Shown here piece after piece: positions 39,439-49,387 of a DNA stretch of 64,000 nt (position 1 is the first letter of the stretch; each line of letters opens with the position of its first letter). The notes under the pieces are model-generated. The model did no database searches. It was not told the DNA's origin and saw only the letters and a program-made list of their open reading frames with translations. This stretch comes from an uncultured delta proteobacterium (GTDB lineage: Bacteria > Desulfobacterota > Binatia > UBA9968). The stretch spans positions 32,001-96,000 of the forward strand of contig CAWDPO010000034.1 in NCBI GenBank assembly GCA_963804165.1. Reading direction: 5' to 3'. Made by a program: the position numbers and the translations under genes.

Positions 39439-39509
39439 CGATGAAGCTCCGTTGTCTTAGTGACTGTTCCCGCCGCGGATCACCCGTGGAACGGCTAAAA
39501 CGTAAAATC

Positions 39510-39839
39510 TTAATCCACGTTCACGTATGCTCTGACCCACTCATGGGGAGTCGCGGTATGTCCCTGGCCGACTGTGTCCTCCGCGAGGAAGACATCACCC
39601 GGATAAAAACTCATGGTGGTGCCGTCACCCAGCCCGATATCGACGCTGCCCGAAAGCGTGATGACCCAACGGCGCCGCGGCGCCTTGTGGAAATTAACGA
39701 TGTGCCGCGCAAAGTCATTTCTAAACAACAGGCCCGTGGCTGGTCGTGTGGCGTTGAAAAACTCAGACCGGGCGGCCGAATCTAACGATTCAAAATGAGA
39801 TTGTTCGTCTGATCCGGAGTACAATCGACAAAACTTCAT
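39510..39839 (-). CDS. Small cupin-fold protein
   Basis: FHKAPRR, LSG, PGDVFLAEDTVGQGH; AGGAGG SD. Confidence 0.8.
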   Translation of the reverse strand: MKFCRLYSGSDEQSHFESLDSAARSEFFNATRPATGLLFRNDFARHIVNFHKAPRRRWVITLSGSVDIGLGDGTTMSFYPGDVFLAEDTVGQGHTATPHEWVRAYVNVD

Positions 39840-40005
39840 CCCGACCTCCTGCGGAAGCGAGTCTTCAGGATATCATGATACCGCAATTGCTTCGTTCAAT
39901 GCGAGGCAAAAATGGCGTAAAACACGGCAGCGTCTTACGTGCGAGCCGGTACGGGAGGAGGGTTGACTCGCGCGGCAGAGTCCACCCTCCCGACCGTTGC
40001 CGCGC

Positions 40006-40110
40006 TCAGGAGTGTATGAACGATTGAATCATTCCCCAAATTGTATAGATCAAGGTCACGCTGACGGTGCCCCAAATGACAAGTTTCAACCAAATCGGAA
40101 ACTCTTCCAT
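40006..40110 (-). CDS. 34-aa single-TM peptide MEEFPIWLKLVIWGTVSVTLIYTIWGMIQSFIHS
   Basis: AAGGAG SD 6 nt before ATG; hydrophobic helix; not in ORF track. Confidence 0.65.
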   Translation of the reverse strand: MEEFPIWLKLVIWGTVSVTLIYTIWGMIQSFIHS

Positions 40111-40243
40111 GTGTTTCTCCTTCTAACGAGTTATACACTTTCGCTGTTTCTGAAAACTTCGGCACGATCCGGCGGCAATGCGACGACAGCGATTTTCCAG
40201 CAGCTACCGGATGCTGATCGGTGCGGGTTAACGAGGCTATGGG

Positions 40244-40627
40244 TTAAATGAGGAGAACGGAGATCCGTTGGTAAATCGGGCGGTTATCCGCGCGAAGCCT
40301 TGCTTCGCTTCTGTCGGTCAGGCGCTCCACTGGGATCGACGAAACCGCCGTTGAATTAGCGGCGAAATAGGAGAGCAACGATACGAAGACATGCCGATGG
40401 TCGTCGTCAATATCGATTTGCTGGCCTAACGCGTTACCACTGTTTGTAACGCCGGCCGAAATCGTCTGGCCTGTTCCCCGCGCGGGATCGAAGGAAAAGT
40501 TTTGAAAAAACAGCGGCAAGAGCCAAACCAGGACGACAACGATGCTCTTCATTGCGACGCGTTTCATAACAACCATTCTACTAGCATCAGAAGGCCGTGG
40601 AAAATGCAAGTATCCGAGAGATGTCAC
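40244..40627 (-). CDS. Hypothetical exported protein (true start probably ~40565)
   Basis: Signal-like segment; ends PIYQRISVLLI. Confidence 0.4.
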   Translation of the reverse strand: MTSLGYLHFPRPSDASRMVVMKRVAMKSIVVVLVWLLPLFFQNFSFDPARGTGQTISAGVTNSGNALGQQIDIDDDHRHVFVSLLSYFAANSTAVSSIPVERLTDRSEARLRADNRPIYQRISVLLI

Positions 40628-40793
40628 AGCAGCGCTATGGTCCGTAACGTTTGCCGCTGTCGTGTCGCCGTTTCATATGTGACGGCTATGCGGCGCATCC
40701 CGACACTTGTCTTCCGCTGCGTCAGAGGACTGAATCGCTATCGCCATCGGGATATGCTACCAGCTTAGACTGTTCGAGCATTCGCTTTTCTGT

Positions 40794-41441
40794 TTGATGG
40801 ACCCCATAACGACGAGACGCCTCTCGCCCGACCGTGACGCAGACAAAGCATCTTGGGCGGCAATCCGTGAGCTCTGTTGCCGCACCGGCGATAACGGTCG
40901 TGCCATTGCCAAGGAGCGCTGGGATTTCTTTCCCAAGATCTGGATCGATCCCTATGAACGACTCGTGCCGCAATGGACCTACGTCGCGATAGTTCAGGAA
41001 ACGATCGTTGGTTATCTTACAGGTTGTCCTGACTCAAGAAGGTTTGCCCGTTCGAAGGCGTGGCGAATCACGTTTCCGTTGTTGATGCAGATCAGCTTCG
41101 GCCGATATCGCGACACGACCGGCGCTCGTGAATTTGCCGGACGCGCCCTCGGTCTGAGCAAAAGGGCGGAACGCTCCTTTCCCCGCCGCCGCGATCAATC
41201 GATTGCCGATCTCTATCCTGCTCATCTTCACATCAACGTCGAGGCCGGTTATCGTCGCCGGGGAGTCGGCCGGCGACTGATTGAAAGCTATCTGGGCGAT
41301 CTCCGCCTGCAAAGCGTTTCGGGGGTGCACCTTTATTGCGGCCCAGATCCGGTCGAATTTTATCTGAGTTTGGGTTTCCAGGTTATCGAAGTTGCGCAGT
41401 TTCAAAACGGCGTAGTCTTCGCCCTTGGACGGCGATTGTGA
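40794..41441 (+). CDS. GNAT acetyltransferase
   Basis: YPAHLHINV, RRRGVGRRL, FYLSLGF. Confidence 0.85.
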   Translation: MMDPITTRRLSPDRDADKASWAAIRELCCRTGDNGRAIAKERWDFFPKIWIDPYERLVPQWTYVAIVQETIVGYLTGCPDSRRFARSKAWRITFPLLMQISFGRYRDTTGAREFAGRALGLSKRAERSFPRRRDQSIADLYPAHLHINVEAGYRRRGVGRRLIESYLGDLRLQSVSGVHLYCGPDPVEFYLSLGFQVIEVAQFQNGVVFALGRRL

Positions 41442-41619
41442 TACCGATCGTGATAGAGTGGAGCGGCTCGCTTGACGGTCGCAAGACGGATATCTAGAGT
41501 GGTGTTTCTGAAATCCGTCAAACTATGAAGTTTTTATTCCGGCCATGCCAGCGGTGACTGGCGCGAGTCCGAATCGAACAAGTCCAATGATGTGCGAATT
41601 TTTGGTCCATCGGCCGATG

Positions 41620-41993
41620 ACGATGCAAGCGCAGAATCCGCGCAGCAGCGAAGCCATGGATCTCAAGCGCGCCGTATTGTTGCAGCAGGGCAAGACCTTG
41701 TCGGAGCAGAACAAACTGACGGACTCGTTCGCCACGTTAACGGAACTCGCTAAACTCAGTCCTAAAGACAGGCGGTATCGTCGTTGCTCGGCAATGTTCG
41801 GGGGCGATTGGTGCAGCAACATTACAACCAAGGCATCAGGCTGTACCGCGAAGAAAAACTCGCCGCGGCAATCAGCGAATGGCGCAGCGTGCTCCAGTAC
41901 GAGCCCAATCACGAGGGCGCCAAAAGGAATATCGAGACGGCGGAGCGGCTGCTGAAAGGATTGCAAGAGCGACAGCAGAAACAGGGGCGTTAG
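41620..41993 (+). pseudogene. C-terminal fragment of a TPR protein, frameshift near 41780
   Basis: HYNQGIRLY...AISEWRSVLQYEPNHEGAK TPR-like helix pair; no convincing start. Confidence 0.6.
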
Positions 41994-42871
41994 GACTTTG
42001 CCGTATCCCCGGCCATATAGACGCGCTCGATATTCTGCCAATCATCCAAGCCGACAACTTGATCACGTTCCTTAAAAGTTGTGAGTGCGTCGTCAATCGA
42101 TTCGGTCGTGCCGTCGCGCTTGAGCGTGGCGAGCGTTCTGCGCATCGCGTGAATCGCCGCGCGCTGAGTTTCCGACGGATAGATCGCGATTCGGTACCCC
42201 ATGGTTTGCAAGCGCTCGACCGGCAGCATCGGCGTCTTGCCGCCTTTAAATACATTGACCAGCAACGGTACGCCGGGGAGCTGGCGCGGGATTTCGGCCA
42301 ACTCTTCTTCTGACTGCGGCGCTTCGACGAAAACCGCGTCAACGCCGAGCTCGGCAAATGCCCGAGCGCGCGCAATGGCATCATCCAAGCCGTGCACACC
42401 GCGCGCGTCGGTGCGGGCAATAATGCAAAAATCAGGATCGACGCGAGTCTTGAGTGCCGCTTCCAACTTCTTTTCCATCTCAGCTAGCGCGATCACTTCT
42501 TTCCCGTCCAGATGGCCGCAACGCTTGGGCGTGATCTGGTCTTCGATATGGATGGCCGCCACACCGGCGCGCTCAAACTCGCGGACGGTGCGGACGAGAT
42601 TCACGGCATTGCCGTAGCCGGTATCGGCGTCGGCGATGATCGGAATATTTGTCGCCGAAACAACCTGGACCGCGCGCTCGATCGATTCCGACATGGTGAC
42701 GAGACCGATGTCGGGGATGCCCATGCTGCGTGCCACGGCGCCGCCGCTGAGATAGGCGGCCTCAAAACCCGCTTCTTCGACGAGACGGGCCGAAAGGCCG
42801 TCAAAGCAACCTGGCGCGACGAGAAGGCGGTCGCGCTTGAGAAGTCGTTTGAGCGTTTGTCGTGGATTCAT
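41990..42871 (-). CDS. prpB: 2-methylisocitrate lyase (ICL/PEP mutase family)
   Basis: DADTGYG, IEDQ, KRCGH, ARTD; follows prpD. Confidence 0.82.
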   Translation of the reverse strand: MNPRQTLKRLLKRDRLLVAPGCFDGLSARLVEEAGFEAAYLSGGAVARSMGIPDIGLVTMSESIERAVQVVSATNIPIIADADTGYGNAVNLVRTVREFERAGVAAIHIEDQITPKRCGHLDGKEVIALAEMEKKLEAALKTRVDPDFCIIARTDARGVHGLDDAIARARAFAELGVDAVFVEAPQSEEELAEIPRQLPGVPLLVNVFKGGKTPMLPVERLQTMGYRIAIYPSETQRAAIHAMRRTLATLKRDGTTESIDDALTTFKERDQVVGLDDWQNIERVYMAGDTAKS

Positions 42872-42943
42872 GTATCACCTCAGGTTAGTTAAAGTGATTC
42901 TTGATTTTGCCCGCGACGCTGCATGCTCGCGGATCGCTTGGCG

Positions 42944-44380
42944 TTACGGCTGTGGCGCAAACATATCGGTAAATTTGTCGACGGGCGTGGCAGCGAGGGC
43001 ATCGGGCTCCGCACAAAGCCGTAGAATCGCGTCACACTGCCGGGGCGCGAAACGGGATGCCAGATTCGCCTCAAATTTTTTCACCAGCAGCGGCATGCCT
43101 TCAGCGCGCCTGCGGCGATGGCCGATCGGGTATTCGACGGCGATCTTGTCGCTGCTGGTACCATCGTTGAAGAAAACTTGAACGGCGTTGGCGATCGAGC
43201 GCTTTTGCGGATCCAGATAGTCCATCGAATATCCCGGATCTTCGACGCAGATCATTTTGTCGCGCAAAGCGTCGATACGCGGATCGCGGGCGACGGCGTC
43301 TTCGTAGTGGTCGGCCGTCAGTTCGCCGAAAATCAGGCCCACAGCGGTCATGTATTGAATGCAGTGGTCGCGGTCGGCGGGATTGTGCAGCGGCCCGGAC
43401 TTGTCGATGATGCGGATCGCCGACTCGTGGGTGGTGATGACGACCTTGTCGATTTGCTCCAGTCGATTCTGCACCGTGGAGTGGAGCCGAAGCGCACATT
43501 CTACTGCGGTTTGAGCATGGAACTCGGCGGGAAAGGAAATTTTGAACAAAACATTTTCCATCACGTAGGAACCCAGCGGGCGGGCGAGGATGAACGACTT
43601 ACTTTTGAAAAACACATCGTAGAAGCCCCAATTCTTTGCCGTCAGCGCCGACGGATAACCGATGTCGCCTCGCATGGCCATCAGCGCCAGACGCACGCCG
43701 CGGCTGGTGGCGTCGCCCGCGGCCCATGATTTGCGCGGACCGGTGTTGGGCGCGTGGCGATAAACCCGCAACGAACCGCCGTCGGTCCAGGCATTCGACA
43801 GCGCACTGATGATCTGTTCCTTGCTGCCGCCGAGCATGGCAGTCGCGATCGCCGCCGTGGCGACGCGCACCAGCACAACATGGTCGAGACCGACTCGGTT
43901 GAAGCTGTTTTCCAGCGCCAGCACGCCTTGAATCTCGTGCGCTTTAATCATCGCGCGCAGCACGTCATCGATGATAAAAGTCTTCTGCTTGGTGCGCGTG
44001 AGATAGTCGGCGAGAGCGAGGATGCCGCCGAGATTGTCCGAGGGGTGGCCCCATTCGGCGGCGAGCCAAGTGTCGTTGTAGTCGAGCCAGCGGATCATCG
44101 CGCCGATGTTGAACGCGGCGTGGACCGGATCGAGCTGCCACTCCGTGCCGGGCACGCGGGCGCCATTGATCAATGTCGCCCCGGGAACGACGGGTCCTAG
44201 ATGTTTGGCACACTCGGGATAGCGCAGCGCGAGTAAGCCGCATCCCAGCGTGTCCATGAGATTGTAGCGCGCGGTCTCGATCGCCTCGCGACTGTCTGGT
44301 TTGTAGCTTGCCGCGTAGTCGGCCAACTCGACCAAGATTTTATCGGGTTCAGGGCGAATGTTTGAAACCTCTGCGCTCAT
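42944..44380 (-). CDS. prpD: 2-methylcitrate dehydratase
   Basis: [39 protein letters not shown]. Confidence 0.95.
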   Translation of the reverse strand: MSAEVSNIRPEPDKILVELADYAASYKPDSREAIETARYNLMDTLGCGLLALRYPECAKHLGPVVPGATLINGARVPGTEWQLDPVHAAFNIGAMIRWLDYNDTWLAAEWGHPSDNLGGILALADYLTRTKQKTFIIDDVLRAMIKAHEIQGVLALENSFNRVGLDHVVLVRVATAAIATAMLGGSKEQIISALSNAWTDGGSLRVYRHAPNTGPRKSWAAGDATSRGVRLALMAMRGDIGYPSALTAKNWGFYDVFFKSKSFILARPLGSYVMENVLFKISFPAEFHAQTAVECALRLHSTVQNRLEQIDKVVITTHESAIRIIDKSGPLHNPADRDHCIQYMTAVGLIFGELTADHYEDAVARDPRIDALRDKMICVEDPGYSMDYLDPQKRSIANAVQVFFNDGTSSDKIAVEYPIGHRRRRAEGMPLLVKKFEANLASRFAPRQCDAILRLCAEPDALAATPVDKFTDMFAPQP

Positions 44381-44394
44381 GAGTGCCTCGAGGG

Positions 44395-44474
44395 CCGTTC
44401 AAGAGTTCAAGGGTTCAAAAGTTCAAGGTTGGGAGAGAGAGGACATTGAACTTTGAGCGTTGAACCTGGAACGG
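44395..44474. repeat. Periodic tandem-inverted repeat (GTTCAA core)
   Basis: 4 GTTCAA units at ~8-bp period, spacer, 4 TTGAAC-like units at 7-bp period. Confidence 0.85.
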
Positions 44475-44477
44475 TTT

Positions 44478-45596
44478 CTAGCGTTTTGCCATCGGTACGA
44501 ACGGACGCGGATCAGGACCGATGTAATCGGCGTTGGGCCGGATCAGACGATTATCGGCGCGCTGCTCGATGATATGCGCCGCCCAGCCGGTAATTCGCGA
44601 AACGACGAAAAGCGGCGTGAACATCGCCGTCGGAATGCCGCAAAAGTGATAGGCGGTGGCGCTGTAGAAATCCAGATTGGGGAACATCTTTTTTTCACGA
44701 CGCATGACTTGCTCGAGTCGCTCGGAGACTGGAAAAAGGCGTCGATCATCCTGCGCTTTGCTAAGCTTATTAGACCAGGCTTTGATGACATCGGAGCGGG
44801 GGTCGGAAACTTTGTAAACGCGGTGACCGAAACCCATGATGAGTTTTTTGGCGGCGAGCATGTCCATGAGCCCCTTTTCGGCCTCGTCCGCGTTTGCAAA
44901 CTGTTCGATCAACTCCATGGCCGCTTCGTTGGCGCCGCCGTGCAGCGGTCCGCGCAGGGCGCCGATGCCGCCGGTAACGGCCGAATAAAAATCCGGCAGC
45001 GTGGAAACGATGGTTCGCGCCGTGAACGTCGACGCGTTGAACTCATGTTCGGCGTAAAGAATCAGCGATACGTCGATGGCGCGCCGGTGCAACTCGTCCG
45101 GTTTTTTGCCGTGCAGCAAATGAAGAAAATGACCGGCGGTGCTGTCGTCGTCGGTTTCGGTGTCGAGGCGGTGGCCGTCCGTGTGAAAGTGGTGCCAGTA
45201 GAGCAACATGGCGCTGAAACAGGCGGTTAACCGGTTGGCAACGGCGACCTGGTCGTGGCCGGGGCCTTCGGGCTCGAGGGTGCCGAGCATCGAGCAGCCG
45301 GTGCGCATAACATCCATCGGATGGGTGCTGCGGGGAATCAATTCGAGCACGGTTTTCAACGGGGCGGGCAGGCCGCGCATACCGCGCAGCTTCACCTTGT
45401 ATTCATCGAGCTCCGCTTGCTTGGGTAAACGTCCATAGATGAGCAGGTAGGCGACTTCTTCGAAAGTCGAGTGCTCGGCTAAATCGTGGATCGAATAGCC
45501 GCGATAGGTGAGACCTTTGCCTTCTTTGCCTACCGTGGCTATTGCCGTGTGGCCGGCAACTATGCCGGCAAGTCCTGCGCCTGGTTCCGTTGCCAT
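44478..45596 (-). CDS. prpC: 2-methylcitrate synthase
   Basis: GLAG, YAEHEFNAST, GPLHGGANE, GFGHRVY, PNLDF. Confidence 0.92.
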   Translation of the reverse strand: MATEPGAGLAGIVAGHTAIATVGKEGKGLTYRGYSIHDLAEHSTFEEVAYLLIYGRLPKQAELDEYKVKLRGMRGLPAPLKTVLELIPRSTHPMDVMRTGCSMLGTLEPEGPGHDQVAVANRLTACFSAMLLYWHHFHTDGHRLDTETDDDSTAGHFLHLLHGKKPDELHRRAIDVSLILYAEHEFNASTFTARTIVSTLPDFYSAVTGGIGALRGPLHGGANEAAMELIEQFANADEAEKGLMDMLAAKKLIMGFGHRVYKVSDPRSDVIKAWSNKLSKAQDDRRLFPVSERLEQVMRREKKMFPNLDFYSATAYHFCGIPTAMFTPLFVVSRITGWAAHIIEQRADNRLIRPNADYIGPDPRPFVPMAKR

Positions 45597-45788
45597 ACTT
45601 GATTCCTCCAACTCTATTTGCACCGAAGATTGGGTCTATTGCAAGTATTCGCGACTATCCGGTGCCCCGTGGGGGCGGTTCAAAGTTCAACGTCGAATGA
45701 CAAACCAGATCCGTTCAGCCCTTGACAGTTTGCCTGTAGATTCGGTACCGCTTGAGTGAAGAAATTATCAGAGATTAGGAGTCAACGC

Positions 45789-46790
45789 ATGGCTTTACCG
45801 CAAACTTTCAAAGCGATGGTAGTGTCCGAGACGGCGGAAAAATCTTTTTCGCGCGAGATTCGCGAGCGCGCGCTGAGCGACTTACCCGCCGGCGAGTTGA
45901 TCATCGAAGTGAAGTATTCTTCGCTCAATTTTAAAGACGCTTTATCCGCAACCGGTAACAAGGGTGTCACGAGAAAATATCCGCACACGCCAGGGATCGA
46001 CGCGGCCGGCGTGGTCGTCGACTCGACGACTAAGGCCGTCGGCGTCGGCGAAGAGGTGACGGTGACCGGTTACGACCTCGGTATGAATACGTCCGGCGGC
46101 TTTGGCCGATACATCAGCGTGCCGTCCGCCTGGGCGGTTAAATTGCCACAAGGTTTGTCGTTGCGAGACAGCATGGGTTACGGCACAGCGGGTCTCACGG
46201 CAGCGTTGTGCATTATCCGCTTGCTGGCCGGCGGCTTGTCCAAGGATTCTGGCGAAGTTCTGGTTACCGGCGCAAGCGGCGGAGTCGGCAGCGTGGCGGT
46301 GGCGATGCTAGCCAAGCTCGGTTTCACCGTCGTCGCCGCAACCGGCAAAGCGAGCGAGCACGATTTTCTTACCAAGCTTGGCGCCAAGACCATTATTTCG
46401 CGCAATGAAGCGAACGATACTTCGGGGCGTCCACTGCAAAAACCTCGCTGGGCCGGTGTCGTCGATACGGTTGGGGGGAACATCCTGGCGACCGCATTAA
46501 AATCCACGAATCGCGGTGGCCTCGTTGCCGCCTGCGGTAACGCCATGTCCAACGATCTTAACATCAATGTGTTTCCGTTTATTCTACGCGGCGTCAGTTT
46601 GCTTGGCGTCGATTCCGTTGAGATTCCGATGCGCGCCCGGCAGATGGCTTGGCAAAAACTCGCCGGCGAGTGGAAGATCGATCTTTCGGACATCGTCACG
46701 GAGGTGTCACTGGAGGACTTGAACCCGCAGATCGATGCGATTCTAAAGGGCGGTGTGCGCGGGCGAGTGCTCGTCGATCTGAGCAAGTAA
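45789..46790 (+). CDS. acuI: YhdH/AcuI acryloyl-CoA reductase family
   Basis: YSSLNFKDAL, GTAGLTAAL, VTGASGGVGS, PFILRGVSLLGVDS. Confidence 0.82.
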   Translation: MALPQTFKAMVVSETAEKSFSREIRERALSDLPAGELIIEVKYSSLNFKDALSATGNKGVTRKYPHTPGIDAAGVVVDSTTKAVGVGEEVTVTGYDLGMNTSGGFGRYISVPSAWAVKLPQGLSLRDSMGYGTAGLTAALCIIRLLAGGLSKDSGEVLVTGASGGVGSVAVAMLAKLGFTVVAATGKASEHDFLTKLGAKTIISRNEANDTSGRPLQKPRWAGVVDTVGGNILATALKSTNRGGLVAACGNAMSNDLNINVFPFILRGVSLLGVDSVEIPMRARQMAWQKLAGEWKIDLSDIVTEVSLEDLNPQIDAILKGGVRGRVLVDLSK

Positions 46791-46808
46791 ACCAAGTACC
46801 AGCTAATT

Positions 46809-46879
46809 CACCACGAGGCGCACGAAGGATACGAAGGTTCCGGATTTTTATGTTCCCAAACCTCGTGCACTTCGTGGTG
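46809..46879. repeat. Periodic tandem-inverted repeat (ACGAAG core, 9-bp period)
   Basis: caccacgaggcg cacgaagga tacgaagg ... cctcgtgca cttcgtggtg. Confidence 0.7.
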
Positions 46880-46916
46880 GAAGGGCATTCTCCGGATTCG
46901 GCAGGAAGGTGTTCCG

Positions 46917-49319
46917 TTGGCAGAAACTAACAATAATGAATGCGCTCTAGGACATCTCCGCGTCATTGAGCTGGGTGACATTCCCGCGTCCTACGCGACG
47001 CGCTGGCTCGCCGACCTCGGCGCGGATGTGATCAAGGTCGAACCGCCGGGCGGCGATCCCGCTCGTTTGCTGCCGCCGTTTGCCGGCAAAATAAAGCATC
47101 CCGAGCGCAGCCTCACGTTTACTCACGCCAATACGAACAAACGCAGCATGGTTCTCGATCTCGAGTCTGCATCGGATCGTGAAATCTTCTCCAAACTGCT
47201 GGCGTCGGCGCATGTTTTCATCGAAGCGACGCCGCTGGGCTATCTGGAGAAGTTGGGCTTCGACGACCGGCGTTTCCGTGAAGGGTTGCCGTCGTTGGTC
47301 GTCGTTTCCCTGACACCTTTCGGACGCACGGGGCCTTACCGGCACTACAAAGGGAGCGACGCCATCGCCAACGCCACAGGCGGCTTTCTTTACGGACAGG
47401 GCGACGACACCAAGGGACAATGCACCGCGCCGAGCCATCTGGCGTATCAAATGGCCGGCGCAATGGCGGCGATGCTGGCCTTGGCCGCAATTCGCCACGG
47501 GCGCGAAACCGGCGCGGGACAGCGCATCGACATGTCGCTGCAAGAGGCGCTGACGTTCGCCAACAGCAGCTCCATCGCTCGTTACAGCCGCGAGAATCGC
47601 CTCGAACGGCGGCCGGGCGCGAAAGCGTATGGCGGCGCGGGGACGAACATCTACCGGTGCAAAGACGGTCGTTACGTTCACTTCACCACGAACATGCCGC
47701 ACATGTGGAAGGAGTTCGCGCAGAATTGGGTGACCGACAAGTCACTGGCCGGACCGGAGTGGGAGCAGCCGCGTTATCGCGACGAGCATTCGGCTGAAGT
47801 TGCCAGAGTTTTTACCGAGTTCATCGGACAATTCAATGCCGACGACTTTGCCAACCAGGCGCAGGCGCGTCATCTCGCCGCGGCGCCGCTCAATACCATC
47901 GGCCAATTCGTCAACTGCGAACAGAATCACGCCCGCGATTGGCTGCAGGAGATCGAGCATCCGGTGATCGGCAAGTATAAAGCGCCGGGAGCGCCGATGC
48001 GTCTCTCGGTCACGCCGATGGGTGTGCGCCGGCCAGCGCCGCTGCTCGATCAGCACCGAAAAGAGATTCTTGCCGAGATCGAGAAGTTAGATGCCAATGC
48101 TCCAACAGCTCAGCGTGGAGAAACGGAAGCGCAGCGACCGATGCTGTCCGGATTGCGGATGGCTGATTTGACGCAGCAGTACGCGGGCCCGCTGGGCACT
48201 GAGCTGCTGGCGTATTACGGCATGGAAGTGGTGAAGATTGAAACCGGCACGATACCGAGCAAAGAGCGCGAGGCCGCGGTGCACGCCTGCATGAATCGCG
48301 CGAAGCTCGGCTGCACCCTCAACCTGCGCAACCCTCAGGGAAGAGAATTGTTCAAGCAGCTGGTGGCGAAATCCGACGTGGTGGTGGACAACTTCAGCTC
48401 GGGAGTTTTGGAGCGGTTGGGTTTCAGTTTCGACGTGCTGCAGCAGATCAACCCCGGGATCGTACAAGCGGTCATGCCTGGCTGGGGTCTGACCGGACCG
48501 CTCAAGTCCTGGGTCGCGTGGGGATGGCAGTTGCTCGCATACACGGGAATCATGCGTCTGTGGGGTTATCCTGATTCGCCGATGGAGACGCGCTGTAAAA
48601 TTGCCTGGCCCGATCGCGTTGGATCGGTCACGATGGCGCTCGGTGTGCTTGCGGCGCTTGAATACCAGGCCCGCACTGGTAAAGGACAATTCATCGAAGC
48701 CGGCATGCTCGAGGCGCAGGGCTCGATGTTGGGACCAGCGATTCTCGACTATACAATCAACGGCGAGGAGTGGGACGCCACGGGTTATCAAGAAACTCTC
48801 GGCGAACCCTACGCTCCGTATGGCTGTTATCCGTGCAAAGGCGACGACAACTGGATCATCATCGCCTGCGCCGGCGACGAAGAATGGCGGAGTCTGGTTA
48901 AAGTCATCGGCAAGGCGGCGGCGTGGGTCGCCGATCCGAAGTTCGCCGCGAGCGCCGGTCGCAAAGAGCGTCGCCAGGAACTGGATCAAAAACTTTCCGA
49001 GTGGACATGCAAATATACAGCAAAACAGGTGTTTCGTTTGCTTCAAGAAGCGGGTATCGCCGCCGGGATACCGTCCTCGGGCGAAGATCTCTTCCATGAC
49101 ATCCACCTGCGCGCGCGCGGCCATATCGTTGAAACCGAAGGTCCACCTTGGGGAAAAATCACGCATCATGGTTTACCCGCGATCCCGTCGTTGTCTGCTG
49201 CAAGCGCCGCTCGTCCGGCGCCGTGGATAGGCGGCCACAATCGAGAGGTGTTTGGCGGAATTTTGCGTCTGAGCAAAGAGAAAATCGCAGAGCTGGAGAA
49301 CGCCGAGGCGATCAAGTAG
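46917..49319 (+). CDS. Family III CoA-transferase with two CaiB/BaiF domains
   Basis: LADLGADVIKVEPPGGD..NTNKRS, then LSGLRMADL..NRAK; two RPAP motifs. Confidence 0.9.
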   Translation: MAETNNNECALGHLRVIELGDIPASYATRWLADLGADVIKVEPPGGDPARLLPPFAGKIKHPERSLTFTHANTNKRSMVLDLESASDREIFSKLLASAHVFIEATPLGYLEKLGFDDRRFREGLPSLVVVSLTPFGRTGPYRHYKGSDAIANATGGFLYGQGDDTKGQCTAPSHLAYQMAGAMAAMLALAAIRHGRETGAGQRIDMSLQEALTFANSSSIARYSRENRLERRPGAKAYGGAGTNIYRCKDGRYVHFTTNMPHMWKEFAQNWVTDKSLAGPEWEQPRYRDEHSAEVARVFTEFIGQFNADDFANQAQARHLAAAPLNTIGQFVNCEQNHARDWLQEIEHPVIGKYKAPGAPMRLSVTPMGVRRPAPLLDQHRKEILAEIEKLDANAPTAQRGETEAQRPMLSGLRMADLTQQYAGPLGTELLAYYGMEVVKIETGTIPSKEREAAVHACMNRAKLGCTLNLRNPQGRELFKQLVAKSDVVVDNFSSGVLERLGFSFDVLQQINPGIVQAVMPGWGLTGPLKSWVAWGWQLLAYTGIMRLWGYPDSPMETRCKIAWPDRVGSVTMALGVLAALEYQARTGKGQFIEAGMLEAQGSMLGPAILDYTINGEEWDATGYQETLGEPYAPYGCYPCKGDDNWIIIACAGDEEWRSLVKVIGKAAAWVADPKFAASAGRKERRQELDQKLSEWTCKYTAKQVFRLLQEAGIAAGIPSSGEDLFHDIHLRARGHIVETEGPPWGKITHHGLPAIPSLSAASAARPAPWIGGHNREVFGGILRLSKEKIAELENAEAIK

Positions 49320-49387
49320 CAAACCAATCATCGAGAAAAGCACGTGCAGGGATTCTTTTAAACCTACGCCTATGCTAGGTTCGCTAA

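Noticed and set aside
48087-49169. Long antisense ORFs (also 36869..37723, 59173..60246) and off-frame ORF 55781..56812
   Set aside because: Shadows of well-supported genes, expected in high-GC DNA.
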